From assembly GCA_050015455.1 (NCBI GenBank), contig JBEKBJ010000002.1, positions 1,091 through 65,090 on the forward strand: a DNA stretch of 64,000 nucleotides, written 5' to 3'. The notes under the pieces were generated by a model, which saw only the letters and a program-made list of their open reading frames with translations, did not search any database and was not told the DNA's origin. The DNA comes from Candidatus Binatia bacterium. GTDB lineage: Bacteria; Desulfobacterota; Binatia; HRBIN30. Of the stretch, positions 11,761 to 21,446 are shown piece after piece (positions within the stretch are counted from its first letter, which is position 1; every line of letters begins with the position of its first letter). A program made the position numbers and the translations under genes.

Positions 11761-12633
11761 ATGCTCGACCTACTGAATCGGATCGCTGGGATGCTCGTGC
11801 TGCGGCCGTACGTGTTCGTGTTCTTCGCAGTGTATCTGGTCGCGGCGGTGAGCAAGATGGGGTGGAAGAAGACGCTGGTGTTCACGCTGCTCGCTTATAG
11901 CGTAGCCTTTGCCGCGGAGTTTTCATCTACACGGACGGGATTCCCGTTCGGCCTTTACCACTACGTGGACACCACTCGCGATCGCGAGCTGTGGATTTCC
12001 AACATTCCGTTGTGGGATTCTCTCTCGTTCACTTTCCTGTGTTACTTGGGCTTCAGCTTGGCGGTGCTGACGTACTCGCCGTTACTAATCCGCCGGGGCG
12101 ATATGCAAGTTGTGGACGCCTGTGAGATCCGCGAGTCCCGCCGCGTCCTGGTCACCGCGACGATGTTGGTGACGCTGATTGACGTGGTGATTGATCCACT
12201 CACGGTACGCGGCGATCACTGGTTTCTGGGCAAGATCTACTATTACCCAATTGCCGGCATCTACTTCGGCGTGCCCATCAGCAATTTCATCGGCTGGGCT
12301 ATGGTTAGCGCGATCACCATTTCTCTGTTCCAGTGGTTCGAGCGCCGCCAGTGGCTCAGCTCCGACCGGGTGCGGCCCGCCGGCGTGCGCCATCTGCCGT
12401 TCGCTGGTCTCATCGAGCCGCTTCTGTACCTGAGCGTGCTGCTGTTCAATGTCATCCTCACCTTCGTCATCGGCGAGAGTCTATTGGGCATCATCGCCGT
12501 CATGATCTATCTGCCGGTCGGTGTGTTGTTCACCGCGAACTTCATCGATCCGCGCCGACGGGCCGATGCAACGCAGCTGGCCACGCACCGCTACGACTTC
12601 CCGCACTCGCCGATCACTGCACTATGGGGTTGA
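11761..12633 (+). CDS. polytopic integral membrane protein (family uncertain; carotenoid-biosynthesis-associated membrane protein-like)
   Basis: About 290 aa with 7-8 predicted TM helices. Start re-picked at the first ATG after the convergent HD gene ends (the ORF-track start at 11521 overlaps that gene). Confidence 0.45.
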   Translation: MLDLLNRIAGMLVLRPYVFVFFAVYLVAAVSKMGWKKTLVFTLLAYSVAFAAEFSSTRTGFPFGLYHYVDTTRDRELWISNIPLWDSLSFTFLCYLGFSLAVLTYSPLLIRRGDMQVVDACEIRESRRVLVTATMLVTLIDVVIDPLTVRGDHWFLGKIYYYPIAGIYFGVPISNFIGWAMVSAITISLFQWFERRQWLSSDRVRPAGVRHLPFAGLIEPLLYLSVLLFNVILTFVIGESLLGIIAVMIYLPVGVLFTANFIDPRRRADATQLATHRYDFPHSPITALWG

Positions 12634-12655
12634 GTGAGCGGCCGCATCCTCACGC

Positions 12656-14161
12656 CTACGGGAGAACACCGGTGTGGCACTCACTGCAGTTCATCTCTTG
12701 CCACGCGCCGCCGATGTCCTCGGGATGCTCGAACGTCAGCCCCCCTGGCTCGGTGGAATACGCGAGCTGCTCGCGCTTCCCTTGCGCCAGAATGATGTGG
12801 CACGCTCCGCACTCCTTGGTGATGATCTTCCCGCCGGCGTTCTTATGCGATCCGTCGTGGCAACGGTAGCAGCCGGAGAACACGAGGTGGCCGACATTAT
12901 CCGGGTAGATGTCCCAGCGCGCCTTCATCCTGGGGAAGAAGTTCTCCCCGTAGATTTCCTGCACTGCGGCGACGGCATGCGCGATCGCGTCGCCTCGAGT
13001 CCGCAGCACCTCGGGGTATTTATCACGGTAGAACTCCGTCACGCCGGCGTCGATGGCGCCCAGCGCCGCCTCGGTGGACTCGTACGTTGCTGCCAGCAAC
13101 TCCACGGCGGTGCGCTTGATGAACGGCAGCGTCGCATCGATCCTACCCGTATCCATCGCGAGATTCACCGCGTAGCTCGGTGACTGGAGAATGTGGGTGG
13201 GGCGGTCATGGCAGTCCATGCAGTCCATTGTCCGGATCTGCGCGCGCGAGACCTCTTCCTCGGAGAGGGGGGCGTCGGTGGAAACGTATTCGGCAACCTC
13301 GCCGGTCTTCAAGTTGGTCATGCGCACCCAGGGTATGTGCTGCCGCTGTTTGTCGGTGGCGATGTACTCCAGGCGATTGGCGATGTTCATGTGCCAGTGA
13401 ATCCCTTCGGTTTGCCCGGTCGTCGGGCTGCCACCGCCGGTCTTGATGAGCAGATTGATTTCCCAGCGCGTGTTCTGCTCGTCGGGGAGAAAATGCACGA
13501 GCTGCTTTTGTTGGCCTCCGAAGAATTGCTTGGGCCAGTGGCATTGCTCGCAAGTCTGCTGCGCCGGGCGCAGGCTGTGGATCGGCGCCGGAATCGGGCG
13601 TGGATACTTGTTGAGCGTGACCGCATACACTTGATACATGCCCGACAGCTTAGATTTGACGTACCAATCGGCTCCGGCACCCACGTGGCAGTCGACGCAG
13701 CGGACCCTCGCGTGGGGCGAGTGTTGGTAGGTGGTGTACTCCGGCTTCATCACTTGGTGACACAGCGCTCCACAGAAGGTCACGGATTCGGTGGATTCGT
13801 AGACTCCGTAGCTGCCAAAGACGGTCAGGAAGAGTAGGAAAACCGAGCCGATGATGAAGACCACCGTCGCGTTGCGGTACCCCGGATCGTTCAGATCGAT
13901 GACTGGAAATCGCAGGATGGACGCGGTGCCCGTTCGCGTAAAGTGCCGGCGTTCGATGAGCATACCCACTGGAATGAGCAGCAGACCGAATAGCAAGACA
14001 GCAGGCACAAGGACGAAGATGAGTAAGCCAGCATAGGGGGCCTGAGCAGCGCCCGTCGTCGTGTGGAGAATCACCAGGAAGCCGAACACCAGCAGCGCCA
14101 ACGTAGAGATCGTAGCGCCCACGTAGCTGACGCGGTTATGAACAAGCTTGGGGAAGATCAT
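12656..14161 (-). CDS. membrane-anchored multihaem c-type cytochrome (7 haem motifs; ImcH/NapC-NirT-like)
   Basis: Two N-terminal TM helices, then six CXXCH motifs (CVDCH, CEQCH, CMDCH, CYRCH, CGACH, CSECH) plus one CX3CH (CGALCH). The ATG overlaps the stop of the upstream PEP-utilising gene (ATGA at 14158-14161). Confidence 0.85.
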   Translation of the reverse strand: MIFPKLVHNRVSYVGATISTLALLVFGFLVILHTTTGAAQAPYAGLLIFVLVPAVLLFGLLLIPVGMLIERRHFTRTGTASILRFPVIDLNDPGYRNATVVFIIGSVFLLFLTVFGSYGVYESTESVTFCGALCHQVMKPEYTTYQHSPHARVRCVDCHVGAGADWYVKSKLSGMYQVYAVTLNKYPRPIPAPIHSLRPAQQTCEQCHWPKQFFGGQQKQLVHFLPDEQNTRWEINLLIKTGGGSPTTGQTEGIHWHMNIANRLEYIATDKQRQHIPWVRMTNLKTGEVAEYVSTDAPLSEEEVSRAQIRTMDCMDCHDRPTHILQSPSYAVNLAMDTGRIDATLPFIKRTAVELLAATYESTEAALGAIDAGVTEFYRDKYPEVLRTRGDAIAHAVAAVQEIYGENFFPRMKARWDIYPDNVGHLVFSGCYRCHDGSHKNAGGKIITKECGACHIILAQGKREQLAYSTEPGGLTFEHPEDIGGAWQEMNCSECHTGVLP

Positions 14162-16743
14162 GGGTCCAGAGAGTTTTCTGCGCGTCTAACCAGTCCAGCC
14201 AGCTCGGCGCGGAGCTTCCCCGCGAAGTAGGCGACCATGCCGGCGTCAGCCATAGCCATGTCCAGTTGGCGGGTGTGTATCATCAGGTAGCCCAGGGCCC
14301 GTACGCTGTCGAGGGCCTCGGCGTCGCTCAAGTGGTCCCGGCGCGCTCGCGCGGCGTCGGCACGGATGGTCACAGTGAAGCCAATTCCCTCCAGCGGTTC
14401 GGACATGAGATGGAGGCGGGCCTGTTTGCGAGCCATGTCGGCCCCGCCGCCCTGGAACGTGAACAACACGAAGTTCTCCTCTGGATCCGGACCCGCGAGG
14501 ACCTCCACCGTAGCGAAATGAGCCCCCAGCCGCGACTGTAGGTTCATGAAGTCGCACCCCACCAAGAAGTAGTTGCCCTCCTCCCAGCCGGCGCCGCTCT
14601 CCAGCTCCGGCCGCATAGTCGACTGCACGATGACCGAAGCCAGCCCGGAGCCGGTGACCGGCGGCCCGTCCCAGGACACGGCCAGCATACCCTGCCACAG
14701 AGCCAGCCAGGGTCGACTGGCGATCTGCTCCAAGCGCACGTACTTGCCGCTCACCTCTTCCGTGAAGCCGCCGCCGACATCGATGAGCCGCCACTGCATA
14801 GGGGCGTCGCAATAGAGCTGCCTAGCGCCAGCCACAGGGAATGCTTGCCCGTCCAGACTGAAGATCTCGTGCACCGCCTGCTCATGACAGAAGCGGGTCA
14901 GGTCGTGCAGCGTGCGGCAGTTTTCGACCCTGAACTGCGAGGAGGCTGGGTCCAAGAGGTTCAGAGGCACGGTCAACGCAATGAGTTGCTCAAGGGTACG
15001 CCGGAGGGGAGTTTGCGGAGGAGACACTGCCGGCCGCGCTCTCAGCAGCCCCTCTACACGGCCTGGGTAGACGGCCCGCCGATCCGCATCCACGGTGACC
15101 AGCTCTCCCGGCTGGAGGCGCTCCAAATCCGGTCCCAAGCCCAGAAGCGCCGGCACCCCGAACTCCCGCGCCACGGTGGCTAAGTGGCCGGCCACCCCGC
15201 CCTGGCCTGCCACCAAGGCCGTGGCCCACCTAAGGAGAGGAGCCCAACGTGGCAGGGGCCGCTCTACAACCAACACCTGCCCGGCTTGGAAGATCAGGGC
15301 ATCGTGTCCGGTGTGCACCCATTGCACCACTCCGGCGGCCGCCCCCGGCGCGGCGGTGAGCCCGCCGCTGATGATGGGATCGGGCAGCCCATCAACCAAC
15401 GGCTGAGCTACTGCTGAGGCCTGGCGGTGCAAAGGGCGACATTGCAAGTACACCAGTCGCCCTGCTTCACTTAAAGCCCACTCCAAGTCCTGAGGCCCAC
15501 CGAAGGCCGCCTCGACCTTTTTGGCTTGGCTCGCCAATTTCAGGGCCAAGTCATTGCTGAGCGGGCTCGTGTCCCTTAGCTCCGACGGCAGCGCGGCCGA
15601 CAGCACGCCGCTGGATGGGTCGCATTGGTAGAAACGGTCCTGGCGGCCCGTCCGGCGCTCCAGGGCTCCCCCTTCGGCGTCTACGAGAATCTCCTCGGCC
15701 TCCACGGAGCCGTCCACTACACCCTTGGGCAAGCCCCAGCAAGCACTGATGCGTACCCTGCCGTCGGCCGGGTCCAGAGGCGAGGCGCTATAAACCACCC
15801 CTCCGGCCTGGGCCGGGAGCATCACCAGGCAGCCCACAGCCATGGCGAGGTCTTGGTCTCTAAGACCATAGTGGTGGTAGTAGCTGAGAGCCTGCGGGCC
15901 GTAAGCGCTGGCGATTACTTCGCGGTAGGCCTCGCCCAAGGCGGCGGGCGCAACGTTCAGCTCGGTGCGGAATTGGCCGGCAAAGGAAGCAGCGCCCACG
16001 TCCTCGCCCAAGGCGCTAGAGCGCACCGCAAGCCTCAACTCAGGACCGTGGCGCTGGGCGAGCCGCTCGCAGGCGGCGGCCATCTCGCGATCCAGGTCAG
16101 CGGGTAGCTCGCCCTGGGCGAACAGCCGTTGCAACGCCGAGCAGGCGGAAAACAGCTCATCCACTTTGGTCACACCCTTGATCTGCAACAGCCGATTGAT
16201 CTCAGCGCGCAGGCCGTTGTGCTCCACGAAGCTGTTATAAGCCGCAGTGGTTATCACAAACCCGTCGGGCACCTTCAGCCCCAGCCGGTTGCCCAGTTGT
16301 GCCAGTGTGGCCATCTTGGGGCCGGCCAGCTCATCAGACCCAACGCACAGTGCACCCAGCTCAACCACGAGGGGGCCTTGGGGCAAGGGCCGCTCTCCGG
16401 CGACCAGTTGGTCCAGCTCCTGTTTCAGGGCGTTGAAGCGCTCCATAAGCGCGGGGTAGCGTTTGGGGGCAAGCCTCTCCAGTTCTTGGATCATGGCCAA
16501 CACGCTCACCGCCATTTCGGTGGCCGCCGAGCGCAGGCGGGCCATGGCGACAAGTTCAGGACTCTGTTGAGCCCCTTGAAGTTCGGCCATGATGGTCAGT
16601 GCCCGGCTGTTGGCCTTGAGCAGGTTGCGGTAGCTCAGGAACCGCCTTGCCAGGCGGGCGCGCAACTCGGCCAGCGCCGCTTGATCCTGGGCGCCGAGAC
16701 GGCCGCTGAACAGAGACTTGAGCAGATTGCCCAAGCCGAGCAT
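14158..16743 (-). CDS. PEP-utilising enzyme family phosphotransferase (PpsA/RPH-like), paralogue 1
   Basis: 861 aa. PPDK_N-type ATP-grasp region (LVVELGALCVGSDELAGPKMATLAQLGN...VPDGFVITTAAY). A central mobile phosphohistidine domain (GGVAGHLATVAREFGVPALLG). A C-terminal ~300 aa that is not a canonical PEP-utilisers TIM barrel. Confidence 0.8.
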   Translation of the reverse strand: MLGLGNLLKSLFSGRLGAQDQAALAELRARLARRFLSYRNLLKANSRALTIMAELQGAQQSPELVAMARLRSAATEMAVSVLAMIQELERLAPKRYPALMERFNALKQELDQLVAGERPLPQGPLVVELGALCVGSDELAGPKMATLAQLGNRLGLKVPDGFVITTAAYNSFVEHNGLRAEINRLLQIKGVTKVDELFSACSALQRLFAQGELPADLDREMAAACERLAQRHGPELRLAVRSSALGEDVGAASFAGQFRTELNVAPAALGEAYREVIASAYGPQALSYYHHYGLRDQDLAMAVGCLVMLPAQAGGVVYSASPLDPADGRVRISACWGLPKGVVDGSVEAEEILVDAEGGALERRTGRQDRFYQCDPSSGVLSAALPSELRDTSPLSNDLALKLASQAKKVEAAFGGPQDLEWALSEAGRLVYLQCRPLHRQASAVAQPLVDGLPDPIISGGLTAAPGAAAGVVQWVHTGHDALIFQAGQVLVVERPLPRWAPLLRWATALVAGQGGVAGHLATVAREFGVPALLGLGPDLERLQPGELVTVDADRRAVYPGRVEGLLRARPAVSPPQTPLRRTLEQLIALTVPLNLLDPASSQFRVENCRTLHDLTRFCHEQAVHEIFSLDGQAFPVAGARQLYCDAPMQWRLIDVGGGFTEEVSGKYVRLEQIASRPWLALWQGMLAVSWDGPPVTGSGLASVIVQSTMRPELESGAGWEEGNYFLVGCDFMNLQSRLGAHFATVEVLAGPDPEENFVLFTFQGGGADMARKQARLHLMSEPLEGIGFTVTIRADAARARRDHLSDAEALDSVRALGYLMIHTRQLDMAMADAGMVAYFAGKLRAELAGLVRRAENSLDP

Positions 16744-16770
16744 CCGGTTGCCTCCAGCCAGAGACCGGGC

Positions 16771-17163
16771 CTAAGAGAAAGCCCGGCGCATCAGCTGTCC
16801 GCGCTCTCGGGCATCCCGGATACGTTCGATCAAGTCGTCCAGCTTGACCGGCTTGATCAGGTAGTCAAAAGCCCCCAGCTCCACACCCTCCACCCCGGAC
16901 CCCACCGAGGCGTGGCCGGTGAGGAGGATCACCTCCACTTTGGGGTCGCGGTCCTTGATAGCCTTGAGGGTCGCAATGCCGTCCATGTCGGGCATCTTCA
17001 CGTCGAGCACCACCACCTCAGGCGGGTCCTCAGCCACGAGTTTGAGGGCCTCCATGCCGGTGTCAACTCCCCGCGCGTCCAACCCCCGGCGTTGAAGTCG
17101 GCGCACCAGCGATTCCAGAAAGTCGCGCTCGTCGTCCACGACCAGCACCTTGCACTGGCTCAT
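16771..17163 (-). CDS. single-domain response regulator (CheY-like receiver)
   Basis: 130 aa. VLVVDDE, phospho-acceptor D in VLDVKMPDMDG, and conserved K in YLIKP. Confidence 0.9.
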   Translation of the reverse strand: MSQCKVLVVDDERDFLESLVRRLQRRGLDARGVDTGMEALKLVAEDPPEVVVLDVKMPDMDGIATLKAIKDRDPKVEVILLTGHASVGSGVEGVELGAFDYLIKPVKLDDLIERIRDARERGQLMRRAFS

Positions 17164-17185
17164 TGCTATTCTCCTTCCGGCCGTG

Positions 17186-18913
17186 TCAGCCCGTCCCTGA
17201 CCCCGCGATGGGCAGGCTGGCGATGAACGTGGCCCCCTGACGGGGCGGGCTCTCGAACGCCAGGCTACCGCCCATTTTCTCCATGATGGAGTGGCTTATG
17301 GAAAGCCCGAGCCCGGTGCCTTGCCCCGGCGCCTTGGTGGTGAAAAAGGGATCGAAAACCCGTTCGCCCACCTCGGGCGGCACGCCCGGCCCACTGTCGG
17401 TTACCCTCACTTGCACGAAGGTGCCGTCACGCGTGGTGGCGATCACCAACCTACCGTTCTGGCCTGCGGCGTCAATGGCGTTGTTCAGCAGGTTCAGCAG
17501 TACCTGCTGCAGTTGGGCGCGGTCGGCCGGGATGAGCGGGAGGCCCGAATCCAGTTTGAGTTCCACAGCCAGGTTGTGGAAGCGCGCTTCCTTCTCGACA
17601 AAGGAGAAGGATTCTTTGACCACCTGGTTGACGTCTAGCTTCTCCAGGGTTGGCTCCGTACTGCGAGCGAACTTGAGCATGCGGTGGGTCACACCTCGAG
17701 CCCGTTCCACTTGGCCGAGTATCTTGGTGAGATTGTCTCGGCAGATATTGCCTTCCGGCAGCTGCGCCAGCACCTCAGGCTGCAAGATGTCTCCCAGCTC
17801 GCCGGCCAGCTCACCGATGGCGGCCAGGGGGTTGTTTATCTCATGCGCTACGCCAGCGGCCATGCGGCCCAAGGATACCAACCGAGCCGAGTGGGCCACT
17901 TGGGCGTCCAGTGCGGCGCGCTCACGGTCGTTGGCCTGGAGCTGCTTGATGAACAGCCGCACCAACAACAACACCAAAGCCAGGATGAGCAGGTTGGCGG
18001 CCCACACGATGGCCATGTCCACCCGTCTCGCCTGGCTCAAGGGTCCCGGCATCTCTCGGGGGTCCTGATCCACCACCAACAGCCAAGGCATGCTCGACAG
18101 CCATGTAAACGCCGTAAACAGCGTGCGCCCGCCCGGAACCTGCCGCTCCACGACCGTGTTTCCCGGTGGCACCGCCTCAATATTGAAGTCGGTGGGCGTA
18201 AGGATTCCCCCAGCGAAGCGGCTTGGGGTCTGCAATTGTCCGCGTGAGTTTACGATGTAGGCGTCGCCACTGAGGCCCACCTGGGCGCTGCGGACAAGGC
18301 GGTTGAACACCTCAGAGTCTATGGTGGCCCGCAGGATCCATGTCTCGCCTTCATCCTCCTGTTTCACCGCGATCACGAAGTGGGGCACCTTGCGTACGCC
18401 GAGAAAGACATCGCTGACATGCACCCCCCGGAGCATGACCTGCTGGAACCACTCCGCGTCGCGGTAGTTCTGGTTCTGCAGGGGATAGGGTCCCACATAG
18501 GACCTGTGGTTGCCCGAGGCATCGATGACCCCTAAGTCCAAAAAGGTCGAGGTGCGGCGGTTGAGCACTTGGAGGGCCTTTGTCAGCTCGCGCTGGTCGC
18601 TAAGTCGGGCCAGTTGGCCGGAATGGGCCAATACCTCCAGCACGGCAGTACGCTCGGCTAGGAAGAGCTCGATGGCCTCGGCGCGGTTGACCGCCCGTAC
18701 CAGCATCTCCTCCTTGAGCTTCTCCTGGTTGGCACTGACGAAGTAGTAGTAGATCCCGACCCCCAACAGGTTGAGGGGCAGAAGGGCCACCACGAGGCCG
18801 ACCAGGGTCATGCGCCGAGCAAGCTGGGAGTAATGCTTGATCACGAACCGGACTCCACGTTGCCAGATGTGGTGAGATTGTAGTCGCCCCTGCTGAAAGC
18901 CTCGGCCAGCCAT
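17186..18913 (-). CDS. sensor histidine kinase with periplasmic Cache-like domain
   Basis: N-terminal TM helix, a ~250-aa periplasmic region, and a second TM helix. HisKA H-box (VAHEINNPLAAI) and HATPase_c N/G-boxes (LLNNAIDA, DSGPGV, GTGLGL). The ATG at 18913 overlaps the 3' end of the upstream paralogue; an alternative ATG is at 18811. Confidence 0.85.
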   Translation of the reverse strand: MAGRGFQQGRLQSHHIWQRGVRFVIKHYSQLARRMTLVGLVVALLPLNLLGVGIYYYFVSANQEKLKEEMLVRAVNRAEAIELFLAERTAVLEVLAHSGQLARLSDQRELTKALQVLNRRTSTFLDLGVIDASGNHRSYVGPYPLQNQNYRDAEWFQQVMLRGVHVSDVFLGVRKVPHFVIAVKQEDEGETWILRATIDSEVFNRLVRSAQVGLSGDAYIVNSRGQLQTPSRFAGGILTPTDFNIEAVPPGNTVVERQVPGGRTLFTAFTWLSSMPWLLVVDQDPREMPGPLSQARRVDMAIVWAANLLILALVLLLVRLFIKQLQANDRERAALDAQVAHSARLVSLGRMAAGVAHEINNPLAAIGELAGELGDILQPEVLAQLPEGNICRDNLTKILGQVERARGVTHRMLKFARSTEPTLEKLDVNQVVKESFSFVEKEARFHNLAVELKLDSGLPLIPADRAQLQQVLLNLLNNAIDAAGQNGRLVIATTRDGTFVQVRVTDSGPGVPPEVGERVFDPFFTTKAPGQGTGLGLSISHSIMEKMGGSLAFESPPRQGATFIASLPIAGSGTG

Positions 18914-21426
18914 TCCACCATGTGCGGCCCCTCCATCAGCATGTCCAACTGGCGGGTGAAGAGCACGAACCGCCCGACTTCTTCAAGAACGCGCGCGATC
19001 TCGTCTAGCCCGCGCTTCTTCAGGAAGGCGTTGACCGCGTCACCAGTGCGCTCGGCGTTGAAGCCTAGGCCGTCGAGGATGCGCTGCACCAGCACCGCCC
19101 TGAGCGAGCGGCGATCCTCCGTGGCCGCGCCCCCATGGAATCGGAAGCTCACATAGTTGTCATTCAACCGTTGACCGCAATAGCAGTCCAAGGCCGTAAA
19201 GTGGTAACCCACCCGGCAGTTGAAGTTGAGGTACTCGGCGCCCAGAATAGCGTATGCTCGGCCACCCATGCTGCGCTGACCGGCCTCCTGAGGCGGAGCC
19301 AAGAGTGAGCCGCTGAAGACCGAGGCCAGACCTTTGAGGGTCACCGGTCGGGGAGACTTCCAGTCGATGCGCTGGTCGGTGAGCCCCTTCAGGAAGGCCG
19401 CGCCCGGTTTGGATTCCACGGCATCGAGTCCGGGCCTTTCCCCCGCGTCGGCACTCAGCCCGCCGCCCAAGTCGATGATCCACAAATCAAAGGGCAGCCC
19501 AACCTCCAGACGGCGGGCTTCTCCCCCTGCCCTCTGTCCCACCTCGTCGCCCAAGCGGAACATCTCCCTGAAAGACATCTCATGCATGAACCGGATCAAG
19601 TCGTGGAAGCTTTTGCAGTTCTCGGGCCGGAACTCCGGGGCCTTAGGGTCGGTGAGATTCAACCGGGTGATGAGCTGAACCGCCCTGAGCGCCAGGGGAA
19701 GCGCCTGCACCCTGCTGGCGGCGGCCTCAGTGGTGATCTTCTGGTCCAGCAATGCACCTACCCTGCCGGCGTAGACCTTGCGGTTGCCTGCGTCCAGGGT
19801 GATCTCCAAACCTGGAGTGAGGATTTCCAACGCCCCAGGCACGCCCAATAGCGCCGGCACCCCGTACTCCCGAGCGAGGGCGGCCAAGTGCCCAGCGACA
19901 CCACCCACCTCGGTTATCAGCGCCGCGGCCGCAGGCAGCAGCGCCGCCAGGGCCGGGGAAGACTCCCTAGCCACCAGTACCGCGCCGCTGGGAAAGCCAG
20001 CCATGTCGTCCATCCCGCGCACCAGATGCACCGGCCCACAGGCGGTGCCCGGCCGGCCGGTCTGCCCGCCACTTAAGATCACGGGCGCGGTCACACTGAC
20101 CTGAGTGGGGCTGGCCGGGCCCTGCACCACACGCAAGGGCCTAGCTTGCAATATCCACAGGTGTCCCTGGCTGTCCCGAGCCCACTCCACATCCAAGGTC
20201 TGGCCCAGGACGTTCTCGATGCGGGAGCCCATGGCAGCCAGCTCCTGGATAGCGTCGGCCGGCAGCACTTGTCCGCCGGCCTGCTCCAAATCAAGCTTCC
20301 GGCGTTGTACCCCTTCCGGCCCCACCACCAACATGTAATCTCTTCGGCCCGAGTGACGCACGGTGTGGCCGGCGTGGGGGCTCCGATCCACCGCGTAAAC
20401 GTCCGCGTCCAGCGATCCGTCAACCAGCCCCAGTCCGAGGCCTGGGACCGCGCTGATCACGGCCTGTCCGCTGCCTCCAGCCAGGGGATCGACGGTGTAG
20501 AGCACTCCACTGGCTGCCGGTTCGATCATGACCTGCACCAGCACGGCCATCTCAGCGTCCAAATCCGAAAGCCCCTGCCTTTGTCGGTAGGCCAGCGCCT
20601 GGGGAGAATACAAGGAGGCCACTACCGCCAGATACGCCTCGGACGCGTCGTCTGGGCGCACCCCCAAGCGGCTCGTGTAGAGCCCCGCGAAGGACGTGTT
20701 GGTGTCCTCGCCTAGAGCGCTGGAGCGCAGCGAGAGCGCAGCTCCGCCTTGGGCGGAGCTCAGCGCGCGGCACCGTTCCAGCAGTTCAAGTTCCAGATCC
20801 GCCGGAAGCTTGAGCGTGGCGAACTCGGCCTGGAAGCGGCGTGACCGCTCTTCCACGGCAGCCACATCGCCTCCCTCCGTCAGCATGGCCACCTGCCGTA
20901 GCCGTGCCCCCAGTCCAGTTTCGGCCATCACGCGACGGAAGGCCCCCGTGGTTATGACCAGCCCCTCCGGCACCGGCAGCCCTTGCTTGCGCAGGATAGC
21001 AAGGTTGCCGGCTTTGGCTCCGGTCAGATGATCCAGTCCAGGCTCCAAGGCATCCAGGGGAAGGAAGGTCGAGGCGACCGCGTCTTGGGCCTCGGTGGCC
21101 AGCAGCGCGTCTATCTGGTGGCGCACCTCGTTGAAGGGTGCCAACAGGGATATATAACGGTCGCCGGATATCAGGTTCAGATGGCGGATCATCAGAAAGA
21201 CCTTTGCACTGGCGGCGATGTAGCGGGAACGCAGAAAGTCCACCCCCAATACACCAGTCCGCTCCAGCGCACTCTGGATCTCAGCGATGATCTCCAACAC
21301 CTCGTTGTTGGCCCTGAGAAGGTACTGGAACTCCTTGAAGCGAAGCTTGAGCTGCACGAAGTCCGGACCAGACCGCCGCGAGGATCCGCGCAGGGTGCGC
21401 CAAGCCCTTGTAAAGCGGTTGGTCAC
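18841..21426 (-). CDS. PEP-utilising enzyme family phosphotransferase (PpsA/RPH-like), paralogue 2
   Basis: 861 aa, same architecture as 14158-16743. PPDK_N region (GAKAGNLAILRKQGLPVPEGLVITTGAF) and mobile His domain (GGVAGHLAALAREYGVPALLG). The ORF-track start is GTG. Confidence 0.8.
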   Translation of the reverse strand: MTNRFTRAWRTLRGSSRRSGPDFVQLKLRFKEFQYLLRANNEVLEIIAEIQSALERTGVLGVDFLRSRYIAASAKVFLMIRHLNLISGDRYISLLAPFNEVRHQIDALLATEAQDAVASTFLPLDALEPGLDHLTGAKAGNLAILRKQGLPVPEGLVITTGAFRRVMAETGLGARLRQVAMLTEGGDVAAVEERSRRFQAEFATLKLPADLELELLERCRALSSAQGGAALSLRSSALGEDTNTSFAGLYTSRLGVRPDDASEAYLAVVASLYSPQALAYRQRQGLSDLDAEMAVLVQVMIEPAASGVLYTVDPLAGGSGQAVISAVPGLGLGLVDGSLDADVYAVDRSPHAGHTVRHSGRRDYMLVVGPEGVQRRKLDLEQAGGQVLPADAIQELAAMGSRIENVLGQTLDVEWARDSQGHLWILQARPLRVVQGPASPTQVSVTAPVILSGGQTGRPGTACGPVHLVRGMDDMAGFPSGAVLVARESSPALAALLPAAAALITEVGGVAGHLAALAREYGVPALLGVPGALEILTPGLEITLDAGNRKVYAGRVGALLDQKITTEAAASRVQALPLALRAVQLITRLNLTDPKAPEFRPENCKSFHDLIRFMHEMSFREMFRLGDEVGQRAGGEARRLEVGLPFDLWIIDLGGGLSADAGERPGLDAVESKPGAAFLKGLTDQRIDWKSPRPVTLKGLASVFSGSLLAPPQEAGQRSMGGRAYAILGAEYLNFNCRVGYHFTALDCYCGQRLNDNYVSFRFHGGAATEDRRSLRAVLVQRILDGLGFNAERTGDAVNAFLKKRGLDEIARVLEEVGRFVLFTRQLDMLMEGPHMVEWLAEAFSRGDYNLTTSGNVESGS

Positions 21427-21446
21427 GACCGTGACCTTCTCCGCCC

